The notes beneath the pieces were generated by a model, which did no database searches, was not told the origin of the DNA, and was given only the letters and a program-made list of their open reading frames with translations. A stretch of DNA of 64,000 nt from Bigelowiella natans CCMP2755 (taxonomy: Eukaryota; Protista; Cercozoa). A program made the translations under genes and the position numbers. This document shows positions 52,201-64,000 of this stretch, piece after piece; positions within the stretch are counted from its first letter, which is position 1; each line of letters opens with the position of its first letter. The stretch is from contig ADNK01002140.1 in assembly GCA_000320545.1 (NCBI GenBank), positions 139,010-203,009 of the forward strand, written 5' to 3'.

Positions 52201-55200
52201 AACTAACTAAATACCGTTAAAGTCTACTGCTACAATAATAATTACTAAAAATAACAAAAATAATGCTGAATGTATTCCTACTACTGCCTGTTGTCATTCC
52301 TGTAATTCTTTTTAATAATCATTTATCAATAAGTAAGTACCCAATAACAAACTCGGTTGAGGCAAACTTAAGTTTTTGGCTGAGCACAGCTTGAATAAAG
52401 ATGCATCCGAACATAATCTATTAGTGAAAGAAGTAATAAAGAATTGGTTGGGGCTCTCTTAATGGTGGTGATTATGCTGATGATAGTTTTGGAATATTAT
52501 TTGATTGATTGATTCACTGACAGACTGACAGCAACTGTGAACTAACGAAGGCAAATATATCAATGAATAATTGTTATAGATTTGATGTATTCCTTTGTTC
52601 ATAATTGGATGTTGCCGGGGTATTTTTTCGTCTACTTCTTCTTCTTGTTCTTGTCCTTTTGTATTTTCTACTTCTAATTTTAGATACTATAGTATTATTG
52701 CTTATTTCTGGTGTTACTTACCACAACACAGCCGGCTATGGCCGCCGCATCGTGGTATGTGTAATCTGAATTTATGGTGCGAGGGTCGTACTTTGACCGC
52801 AAACCCAAAAATCCAGCGGCTTGTGCCTCTTCTCCGATCACACCTTTTTGTAATCGGCAACAAACATGGAAATAAGAGCAACGAAGACAAATTTCGTTGA
52901 ATAGTATGCACGAAGAAGAAGAAGAAGAAGAAGAAGAAGAAGAAGAAGATACATAACACCACAGACCACCGCTACTACCACTATCACCTGTGACATTTCT
53001 GTCCATGACTTCTTGAGCAGATACAGGGACGAAGAAATCGGCGGATATCACAGGAAGAGGAACTACAGGAGAGGTAGTATTAGAAGAAGGAAGAGGGGCC
53101 TGTTCCTTTGCTCCCTCTTCATTTCCTTGTTCCACCGATAGGTGGTGATGATGAATAAATTTAGACTTATCTGCTGCGAGTATAAACCGTATACAACTAA
53201 TAACAACAAGTGCTGCTGCTGAATTACCTACTAATAGCTATAGTAGGATATGAAGGGTAGAATTACTACCTTCCTTTTTCATGGTTTGTCCCTGCCGCCG
53301 CTGTTGGTCATCCGATTGGATTGATATCTATGGTAATAATATCATGCAAAGTCAACTGCACATAGGATGTACCAAATCGTCGATACCTTCGGTAGACATC
53401 GCATACATACTTATGTACATTCTTGCAGAAGTTACATAGTCAATCACTCAGTCAGTAGTAGCATAGTTAGCTCAGAATGTATGTGTGCTGCGCTAGTTAA
53501 CTCAGTCTCTCACTGGTATTATGTCGGTTGGTAAGACATTGTACATATGTGAGATAGAAAATTCATATTTAACTTGTATTATCTTCAAAGCACTCAATAA
53601 TAACATACATGTACTATTGACGACCCTCTCAAACAAACGGTATTATTTGTTTCATTACACTCGATTCCTTATCCAAAAGGTGTGAGTTATTATTGACGAG
53701 ATTGTTGTTGTTGCTATCCTCGTTGTAATCAATAGTCTCCGAATCTCCGTTCCTTGAACAGGAAAAATGATTCGCCATTAGTATGAAGAACGATGATGGT
53801 AATGGTGGTAATGGTGATAATGATTTGGATGATGGTGACTTCAATGGTATTCTTTTCCCCAAATTTAAAGAAGGAAAATTATACCAAAACAAGGACTAAC
53901 ACTATCACTACATCAAATCATTATTTAAACAACGTGGGCAGGCATCGACAACACTTCTTCCAACATTCGGTGCCTCTGCTGCAAATGCTGCCTTTGGCTC
54001 TTTCGTCGCCTGGCTTCATGCTCCTGGTGTATAAACAGAGTAGTATTCTTTCTCATCAATCAATGACTGCTCTGTGGACTTGCTCCTAACAAGGTATTCA
54101 CTGCATTACTAGTGTGTACGAATACAAACCATCAACCTTAATGAGATTATTCTTTTTCTCCAGCTCATATTCATCAATGATTTTCTACATGATTGTGACA
54201 ATGAAAAGAATCACTACGAAACTTGAAATAATAAGGGATAGTTTTCCTCCTCTCATCTCAGTAGCCGTGATATTGAATGCAAATACCTGGTCCTTTACAG
54301 CGGTGTCAGCATCGGAAACAATTGCAAGGATGAGAGGAAGAAATCCATAAAGAGGAAAATCCTCGCTTAAATCGATGTAGAAGTACAGGGGGGGCTAAAA
54401 GCAGCAATGACAATGTATTATGTAACAATAATCCTATCGGTGTTAGTAAGCTATAACATTCCCGACCGCTCTTTGCAGAATCCAGGAAATAATGAACGGT
54501 ATCTAGAAAGGGGAAACATTCTTAGCAAGTTTGTAATGGAGGATTAGATCAATATTATTTATCTCATTACCGGGAAAGCAAGGAAAGTTGTCAAGATGAC
54601 ACGACTAAACCTTACAAATTGCAGTTTTCAAAATTGAACCGAACTCATTATCGTATACGTTCATCAATTGAGAAACTGCCATCTATGTACTCTGGCGATG
54701 CAAGAGGAAGCTTTAAATCTTGATCCAACAATAAGATAACCTGGTTTAGCCCAGAAATCGGCAAGTTTCAGAGTAATTGAACATTAAAAGGGAAAGAAGT
54801 AGCTAACCACTGTCATGTTGTTGAAGAGCAATGTAACAAGAATTGTCAATCTAAATAAAAAGAATATTGCGAAAGAATATTATAACTGCAGAAACATGAT
54901 TGTTGGTACAATGTCATAGTTTGTGTAATAATGCCTTTTGAAAGCTGTAAGGAAATCTCCTGGATGAGCTGAGATGACCGAGAGCCTGTCCATTTATAAT
55001 TAAGTGATTTTATCGAAAATTTTATTCATGTAGAAATAAAAGAAGGAGTATCTTGAACCATGGATGTTGACGACGAGTCTTCCACACAAACATTTCTAGG
55101 TTGAAAAATGACAGTATAAGAATCATAATTTGTACTACTCCAAAATTGAGTGTTGTCGAAAAGTGTTGTTGTTGGAGTTGTTTTTACTTGAGAAGTTGCG

Positions 55201-55900
55201 CCACGATCTCTTTCCTGCGATCTAGATTAGTTAGACCTTTCAAACGAGACTTCGATTTGATTAAATATCCATCATACCATCAGCCATGTAGTTCTATTTA
55301 CCATCCTCCAGAATCGGTGGACATCATCAAGGGAAAGAGCTTCTCTGATTAATGATGATGGCGGTTTAAGGTTTTGATATAGAAGATGTGTGACTCTAGA
55401 AACTACGTTTTCGATACGAAATATACCTATATATTCTGTCGACGTATTTATCTAAAGCCCATCCGATTAAGATGTACGCAACGAAAACACCTTCGTTGAG
55501 AATACATTTTTTATCAACTGATATCACGAGGTTCATTCCATTCTACCTATGCAGAACCGCATTATTGGGTTTGTTAGGCTAAACGCTTCCATCGTCACCT
55601 TAAAAAAGTACCACAAATTTTGTTGGATTTGAGAAATTGTATAGAAAGTTAATTCCAAAAGCGTAGTGATCACAATCACATTTTCGAATCATACACACGC
55701 ACACAATTTTCTGTCTGCTTTCTGATAAACACTACATCATTTCCGTCGAAAGTGTTGACGCCGAATTGAGAATCCTGAAGCAACAGGCCCCTTCCCGTAA
55801 AGGAGGTTGCCGTCATCTTCTGGGAGACAAACGAAGGAACTTTGGGGGGCTTTCGACCCGAATAGGCTGTAATTGGAAATATATCGCCTACATTCTACAC
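47818..55900 (-). CDS. Multi-exon polycystin-1/REJ-like multipass membrane protein with possible PDZ-like and low-complexity C-terminus
   Basis: Spliced LEMFVWKTRRQHPW|LSVISAHPGDFLTAFKR|LTILVTLLFNNMTV|VILLL..|FSRVILTTFLAFP|IPFIISWILQR resembles the H-W-S-F...FT..R(L) polycystin-type motif. Later TM exons include WLLVFGQDFMARFLLLFLIQF, and GWRILSVEDRLV...FTLRF looks PDZ-like. Both ends uncertain. Confidence 0.55.
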
Positions 55901-56779
55901 CTGCGACAACAAATTCTGCATAATTAGCGCTTCTCAGCGCAACAGGCTCGTGGTATTTCTTCGGTCAGCATTGGTAGTCACGCGTGCTTGACTGACATTT
56001 TTTTAGTTAAATTTAGGCGCAATGCGATGCGCAGACGTCTGTGGAAAGAAGAGACTTTTTTGAAACAAATCTTGAGAAATGGTGATGATGATGATGATGT
56101 CCCTCTAAATGCATGTGCATTGTAATGACATAATGATGTGAATAGATCTAGATCTAGATCTAGTCCAGCGATGCGATCTGAAACACGCGCGAACTCCAAT
56201 ACGGAATGTTGGATCTTTTTTGTTGCGACATGCAGCCATATCCCCGTCAATATGTACTAAATAATTCAAGACTAATTTATGAAGACGACTGGTTTCGACT
56301 TAGTGTTTGCGCCAAATTTAAACAATGCATATGGATTTAATTCTACGACTTGAAGCATTCTCTTTTTCTGTCTAAAGTTCTCTTCATGTTCTACTAAGTT
56401 GTATTCCAGAATATATTCTGCAGATCTCTAGGTGTGTGACAACAGAAACTGTGGTGCATTTTAACATAAGACTGCAAGATATGCACCATTTTGGTTAACA
56501 ATTGCATAAGGGGAAATAACACACACAGAGTAGAAGAATCTTAATATTAGCCGATCAACAGAAAGATGAAAGGCACCGGTCAGAGCACATTGCGATAAGG
56601 GCATTTGCAATGAAAAGGTTAATGGTTGGGTTACATAGAATGAAGAGATACCTTCTATGTGGAGGAAGAGAGGAAATAGGAGAATAAGCTGAGCTCCGTT
56701 TTCGGTGAAGGGAAACAGCAGCAGCCCTCCTTTTGGCAACAACCAAGCAAGCCCTGAATGAATTATGAATCCTATGTAG

Positions 56780-57673
56780 GTGGAGGAGAGGTACAGGGAA
56801 TGATATTGATATTCCGACCAGTAGTAAAAGTACTACTACCAGAATAGGGAATCCTTTATTCAATCCTCTAAAGAACAAGATAGGAGATCAAATAGAGCAT
56901 GTGACCGCTCTAGGGGGCAAGAGAAAGGTAATACTACACCACATAAATATCAAGTTTGGATTCATTGAAGCATATTTGTTAGCACCGAATAGAAGACTTC
57001 CTCGATGATAAAACGCGCTCAAAGACTCCAAAAACCACCATTTTGAAAACAGGATTTGAGCAATTTTACAGGTGATAATAAGTATTATTTCATTCTCCTC
57101 TTTACTTTCGCCTGTTGCTTAACAACTCGAATAATTATCCAGTCTCGAAAAGAAACTTGTCGCCGATTCTGCGGTTTCTAATCCATTTCAGGTGATTATT
57201 TGTTTAATATCAATATGTTTTCCAGCTAATTGTTATATTTTGAATGAGATTGGTATTACAATCCGATTGTTCTTTATACATCGGTGGTACGATACATAAC
57301 AACGGCCATCCTATAATACTCCTCCTCTTTAGGTGCAAGTTCGCACAGCAATTCACAAACCAACAGGGGAACGTAGAGTCATTAAGGTGCTGCTGCATAC
57401 TGCTTGGAAAAATATTTAATACCTTTCCACTGCCCCCCCACTTTTTTGAGGCAAAAAGAGTGATGACGGTATGGTTACTCACAATTTTAACTGGTGCTTA
57501 GGTATTGAACAGGGAAACTGTTGATATCATGAAGATCAAGCGAGAGGTACGTTTTTGGAGGAAGATCGTGATAAGTTATGGATAAAAGCGTGATCCTCTT
57601 GTTCTTCCTCTTTCATAATATCTCTGTGACCTTCTTCCCAGATAGATTATCAATCCAACAACACACATTCTCC

Positions 57674-57715
<42 letters not shown>

Positions 57716-58329
57716 ATACCACCTGCTATTCAGGTGAGTGTAATGGTTGGTTTACAGCCGCATCCAAACGTAGTGCAGTTCTATGAAGCCTTTCAGGTCG
57801 TTCATTGATCATCCCGATTACAATAATAGATAAAAGACTTTCACATTCATTTCAACAACAAACAAACAACTATATTTCTTATAGCTCATGTGCACCCCTA
57901 CTTACTACTACTCGAACAATTAGGATGAATCACGTGTATACATTTGCATGGAATATGTGAGAGGAGGAGAGCTCTTCGATCAGCTGGTAGTAACTCACAT
58001 ATTAGTCCTTATCATGTGTAGATAGGAGGGAGGAGTATTACTCATGGTGAATCATGATCATGAACGATGTTTGAAACAACAGTACTACTACTACTACTAT
58101 TACTACTACTACAACAACAACAACACAGGTTAAACACGGAAGATACTCAGAACGTCGAGCTGCTCAGATTATCAGGGGTCTCATACTGGGATTAAGCCAT
58201 ATACATAAGGCTGGCATTGCTCACTGTGATATCAAACCTGAAAACGTAATGTTCGCATCTAACGGCCAGGATTCAGACGTCAAGATAATAGACTTGTAAT
58301 AAATAGCTCCACTCACTCACTCCACCCAC

Positions 58330-58371
<42 letters not shown>

Positions 58372-58464
58372 TGGATATGTATAAAACAATTTAAGATGAT
58401 AATGATGATGATGATGTCTTCCAACCTCACTATGCAACCAACAAAAGATTCGTGGTCATATAAC

Positions 58465-58509
<45 letters not shown>

Positions 58510-59728
58510 TGCTCATCTCCGAAATCATAAATACTCCTTCCTCCTCCTTTCCATTCATAAGTGCATTGATTGATTGATTTATCTATGCATGCAGCGGAAT
58601 GTCACAGAGGGTGTCATTGGGTAAGATCAATTGGCTAAGTGCTCAGTGTGGAACCATTGCGTATCGTAGTCCAGAGCAGGTGGTTGTCGTTGTTGTTGTT
58701 GTTTTTGTAGAAGGAGGAGTATAAATCAATAGTTTATTATTAAATTAAGGACACCATCATCCCAAAAAATGGTTTTGAAAGTAGAATCCCTAATAAAGAA
58801 GCCTTTGGTTCTTTTTTTTATAAGAAGTATTATGTCTTTTACCTATGCTACTCCTATCTTGCTGCTGCTACATATCGCTGCTACTGCTACTATTACTACA
58901 ACCACTACTACTACTACTACTACTACTACAGCTTAGTATCAATTGTTATTATCCCATGATAGTGTGATACAACACATCTTCATTATTATTATGTAAGGTT
59001 GAACGAAAGTATTCCCGGTCATGTGATATGTGGGCTGTCGGGGTTACGATGTTTATGCTGCTCACCGGTACTACATGATAGATAATAAGATAGACTACTA
59101 AGATACTATCGGTAGAAATTGGAAAAGAAGTAGTATTAGTAGTAAAGATTCTATCTTTTGTTTTTTCCATGAATAGAAACTCCAATAGACCACACTCTTT
59201 CCTTTCGTAATGCTGCTGCTACTGCTGCTCTCTGCTTTTGTGTATTTGATTATCCGTTGGATGATGATGACGATGACGATGATGACGATGATGATAATGT
59301 TGTTGCTGCTGCTGCTATAGGTTACGGGCCTTTCCACAATCCGAGTTTGAAGACCACACTTGAGGTATAGTATACTAAAAGTCACATCATCATCATCATC
59401 ATCTTTGCATTCTTTTGTCTCATTTCGAGGATTTTAACATGTATTATACTCATCATAATATATATATCAACACCAATAAATACTAGCGTATTCGTGAGGG
59501 ATTTCATGCAGAGCTGAGGCCAGGATATGGGAACTGGTTTCCAAAGGACAAACTTCTTACAATCTCACGTGCGGCAAAGTCATTGATAGCCCAATTGCTT
59601 GATAGAGAAGATTTTAGACGACTCACTCCTGATGAAGCTCTCCGCCACCCCTGGTTAAATGATGACATGCCTACTAATCAGGTACTACCACATGCATTAA
59701 TCTTCTTCCGACAAATGATGATGATGAT

Positions 59729-59779
<51 letters not shown>

Positions 59780-60586
59780 TTAGCTATTGGCTGTACGTGT
59801 TGTAGAGCACCTCCAGAAAGAAAGAGCGATGAATAGATTTCACACATCGATATGTACTGCCCTCTCTCAATGGATACCTAAGGTAGTAGTAGTAGTAGTA
59901 GTAGTCATATACTGTTTATGATCATTGGATCATTGACAAAACAATGAGTTATAGCTTTATCTGTTGTTCCGATGCATATAATATGCTGCTGCTGCTGCTG
60001 CTGCTGTGCATTTCTCTTCTCATGCACCTGCTGTGAATAGAGAAGTGATGATGATGATGATGATGATGATGAAGAGAACTAATAGGTTAAGACGTTGTAT
60101 GTCGTTCGTTCTGTTGATGTTTATCAGGGTGAAATGTACTTACTAGAAGCAGCATTTCGAGGAATAGACACAAATGAGGATGGTGTGATATCAATCGATG
60201 AGTTTCGAAATGCCGTGAGAACGTTCAACAAGGTGGTGCTGGCTGGTGGTGGTGCTGGTGGTGATTAGAAACTTCAACAAGGCAGTGGTAGTGGTGGTGG
60301 TGGTGATTAAATTAAGAAGAAGAAAACCGTGTGGTGCTGACGACGACTACACTTTGTTATTTCCACAAACTGTTTCATTTCATTGGTTTGTTAGAAGCTT
60401 AAGGATGGTGGTGTTTGGCTGCTGCTGCTGCTACTGCTGTTGCGTGGTTCTTTATAGCATTGACTCCCACTAATTACTATCTTTATGTTAGTCCCATCCA
60501 CAACCACTTTCCAAGGATGCAATCGTCAAGCTTTTCAACAATGGAGGTGCTGCTGCTCACAAACTACTACTACAGCTTGCAACTAC

Positions 60587-60624
<38 letters not shown>

Positions 60625-61264
60625 TCACGTATCATCATCATCATCATCATCATTGTCATCATCATTGTCATCATCATATCCCGTTATATATAATGTTCTT
60701 TTAACATTTGCTGTCGTTGTTTCTGTCGTATTCCATACAACTAATGCCTCATCCTTTGATATCATCATCATCATCATCATTATTATTATTATTATTTCTC
60801 TACTACTACTACCAGACCTGAATAATGATCAGCACATCGACTACAGGGAACTAATCTTGGCATGTACACATCAAAGGTAATGCATAAATAACCACCCACA
60901 AGTAGGAGGAGGAGGAGGGGGGGGAGCACTAGTAGTAGTAGTAGTAGTAGTAGTACCAAACTGAATAATAGCTGACTGGTACGTGTAATAATCACAGGAT
61001 TTTAAGCTCTGAAGAGAGACTTTGGCGCGTGTTTTGTGAATTAGACAAAGATAACGACAACTACGTCACCAAAGCAGAGGTATCTACATTTTTTGCATAT
61101 CTGTGGTAGTCCTTTGGTCATAATCATCTATGATTTTGTAGCTTGGAAACGTAGTCGATAAATGTAATAAAGAAGCAAAAGATTTGTTGGACAAGTTGGA
61201 TACAGATCGAGATGGGAAGATTTCATATACTGAGTTTGTCAATTTATGGAAGGGCTATACATAA
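56780..61264 (+). CDS. CDPK: Calcium-dependent protein kinase (kinase + 4 EF hands); 5' end unresolved
   Basis: Exons give RRVIK, HPNVVQFYEAFQ, CMEYVRGGELFDQL, IAHCDIKPENVMF, VKIIDFG, GTIAYRSPE, CDMWAVGV, RLTPDEALRHPW. EF hands: DTNEDGVISIDE, DLNNDQHIDYRE, DKDNDNYVTKAE, DTDRDGKISYTE. Confidence 0.93.
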
Positions 61265-61519
61265 TTTTGCGTCATAGTAGAGGAGTGTCGTATCAGCATG
61301 AGAAGAAGAGGAAGAAGAGGGATTGTGTTCTCCGTGTTTCAGTGGTGATTGTTCAACTGCTGCTGCTGCTGCTGTAAAGAGTGTTAAATCTACTATTGCT
61401 ACTCAAGTTGTGGTTATTCATCCTAATATAATGTATAATGCAACAAATATTTATTGCTTCATTGAGCATGCAGCAGCTATGCTATTGTTGTCTTTGATAT
61501 CTGAATTCAGTCACGGGTA

Positions 61520-62275
61520 CAGGAGACTGTAGAATAAGAATGCATAGCCTAGCTGCGTGTGTACCTGGGAGTTGTTCATAGTATCGTGTATCTAGTTCAC
61601 GCATAATGCTGTGATGCATGCAATTGATGTGTATATCATCATGGTATCGCTGTAGCTCGTACGTAGACGCACTGCCAATATACAGCCTGCTACTGCAATG
61701 CAACGATCGACATTCAAAAATATCACGCACCGTCGAGCGCTCATTCGATCAATAACACTACTTTTAGTGATCCAACATCATCACACAACTAACAATGTAA
61801 TAAGTATGATGACACGGCATACGCAAGGCGGTGACTATACTGCACATATACAACAGCGCCAAATAACGACACGTTAACGTTCTAGTGTTGTACGCGGTAT
61901 AGACGGCAACGTACAATCAATCTGACGCCTTCGATCTAGAGGGCTACCTATTGTACGTACATGTGGCGCGGCATTTGCAACTCAATTTAAGCACAAGCAA
62001 GAATGCTTGCGAATAAACACGTAGTGCACCGGTACGTGCTCAATGCAACAAACAAAGCTCAAATACTTAAGTAGCGGTGTTACATGCACATGCATGTGAG
62101 GCGCAGCAACAAACACACAAAAAATGAAAGACGCATCATCGTGTGCACATCTTATACATGCAGCATGTCTTGCACATCACAAGAAGACATGTGTAGCTAG
62201 TAAGCGTAAGAAATAAATCATATCTAGATCTGGACACAGCTAGACAGTCTAGACAGCCGCTTCACGTGACAACAT

Positions 62276-62360
<85 letters not shown>

Positions 62361-62480
62361 CATGTGGTACATGTCTAGATATGAAATTTTGCAGCATTAG
62401 GTTTACTTCTGAGCACGTTGTGTCTATAATTATTCGTAGATGTGCGCCACACACCAAACATGGTGTATGTAATTCACATG
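61520..62480. other. CATG/TGCA/ACGT-rich spacer between convergent CDPK and TPR genes
   Basis: tgcatgcaa, catgcacatgcatgtg, ctagacagtctagac. Confidence 0.7.
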
Positions 62481-62549
62481 CTTTTTGCTGCCACAAGCGT
62501 TCATTAAGTTTGCTACTGCTACTACTTATTAACAAATGTTAGGTAGCTA

Positions 62550-62810
62550 CTACGTCGCCACCACTACATTTGCCATTTCTTCCGCATGCTTAGCCTCTTC
62601 TTCTCGACCAAGCGCTGTGAGAATCTCACTGTGCCGCTTCCAAAAAAACACCTAGAGAACAACACAAACAAGTATAATCAACAGGGCATCCTTCCTTAAA
62701 TGAAACGAACATAATAAGGATGGATGATGATGAGCACCTGTTTCGCTGCAGGAAGGTTCTGTTGTATGGGAACAAGAGCTTCCTCCATGAGTTCAGATGC
62801 TTTATTCAGC

Positions 62811-62845
<35 letters not shown>

Positions 62846-63614
62846 GAATTATAATTACGGCAACGTATGTTTGAACAACACGATCGATAAGGATGATGAC
62901 CAAGGATGAGAAGGAGTGAAACAGATGAATTCAGGCTGCTAATGGTACTACAACTAAAGATCCTGATGTCATAAGCACGTTGTACTACTACTACTACTAC
63001 TACTACTACTACCTCCCCAAGCCCAACGTGTGAATTCGCTTGCCAAACTTTGGTGACAGCTACTGATAGAGATCTTTCTCCTTCCTTCTCACTTAGCAAA
63101 ATAATCAGATCCTGGTATCTGCAGCAGCGTATTGTACAATACCAAATAAGAAGAACTATACCACGTACTACAACACCATGTCAAACTTAACAAACAAATG
63201 GAAAATTAGTTTCTTTTGTTCGAATTCTTCTGCATCTGTCCAATCAACTAATAAGCGTCGTCCTCTCGTTTTATTTTATGTTATGTTATTATTATTATTA
63301 CGTTGAAATAGCGTCTTGGTACTTCTGGTTTGCAACCAAAACAGATGCTAAATTATTGAGCTCCACGAGAACCTGCTTATCATTATCCCTAATCATCTTG
63401 CAGCTTTTCTTCAAGCTTATAGCTGATTTAAGCACTTGTTCGGCTTTCGTCAAATCTCCTGAGAATTTAAGGCATCATCATCTTTTTATCACTCATCGTT
63501 TGTGACGACTATCACCGAGCTCTCAATCCTATAGTAACAACAATCTTCATATATGGTATTATATTGCTGCAATCAATAGCGTTTTCGTTGTAATCGTCAC
63601 ATATGCAGGAAGAA

Positions 63615-63650
<36 letters not shown>

Positions 63651-63917
63651 CCTCACCGACACCATCATATATGAATAATAGTGGCAGGTGATGCGCTACT
63701 CATATTTTACATAAATCACCATCCAAACATAAACATAATCCTAGAGAAATCATAATCATCATCATCATCATCATTAACTACTATATACTGACGATGTAAC
63801 TCACACACACACACACACACACACACTTCCTTACTACCACTACTACTACTACTACTAATACTACTACTACCTCTCATGAAAAACAGCTCTCCAAGATGGC
63901 CCAGCACAGTTCCACTG
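62550..63917 (-). CDS. TPR-repeat protein, 3' part (continues beyond the window)
   Basis: Spliced GTVLGHLGELFFMRG|DLTKAEQVLKSAISL...VLVELNNLASVLVANQKYQDAIST...VAVTKVWQANSHVGLGE|LNKASELMEEAL..|VFFWKRHSEILTALGREEEAKHAEE. Confidence 0.8.
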
Positions 63918-64000
63918 CGTAATTTGTACGTTTCCTAATTTTGACATCAACATCATCATCATCATCATTATCATCACGTAAATCAACGAGGAGGAGGAGG

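Overview
Intron-rich eukaryotic nuclear DNA with many microsatellites. It is probably a rhizarian secondary-plastid alga such as a chlorarachniophyte; this is an inference from signal-peptide-led plastid proteins, the CDPK style and BBS6. By manual splicing I reconstruct 16 genes: RBR E3 ligase with a multipass tail (-), POMP/UMP1 (+), PH-helical-PX protein (-), SH3-like/PH-helical/Ubl protein (+), sestrin (-), D27 (+), PCH2/TRIP13 (-), MKKS/BBS6 (+), HMG-box (-), N-acetylneuraminate lyase (-), a plastid-type protein (+), a glycosyltransferase-like protein (-), LRR (+), a polycystin/REJ-like membrane protein (-), CDPK (+) and TPR (-, cut by the window edge). Genes occur as head-to-head pairs, and the tail-to-tail gaps are filled by 0.4-1.9 kb spacers rich in CATG/TGCA/CTAG/CACG. 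The strongest signal is a 1.58 kb block (37005-38588) with only 12 TpA dinucleotides, all followed by G and 10 of them in CTAG. Together with TA/CA differences in a young tandem duplication, this suggests a TpA-targeted A-to-G hypermutation process on repeat or non-genic DNA that spares CTAG. Exon boundaries and counts were done by hand and need RNA-seq and computational confirmation.
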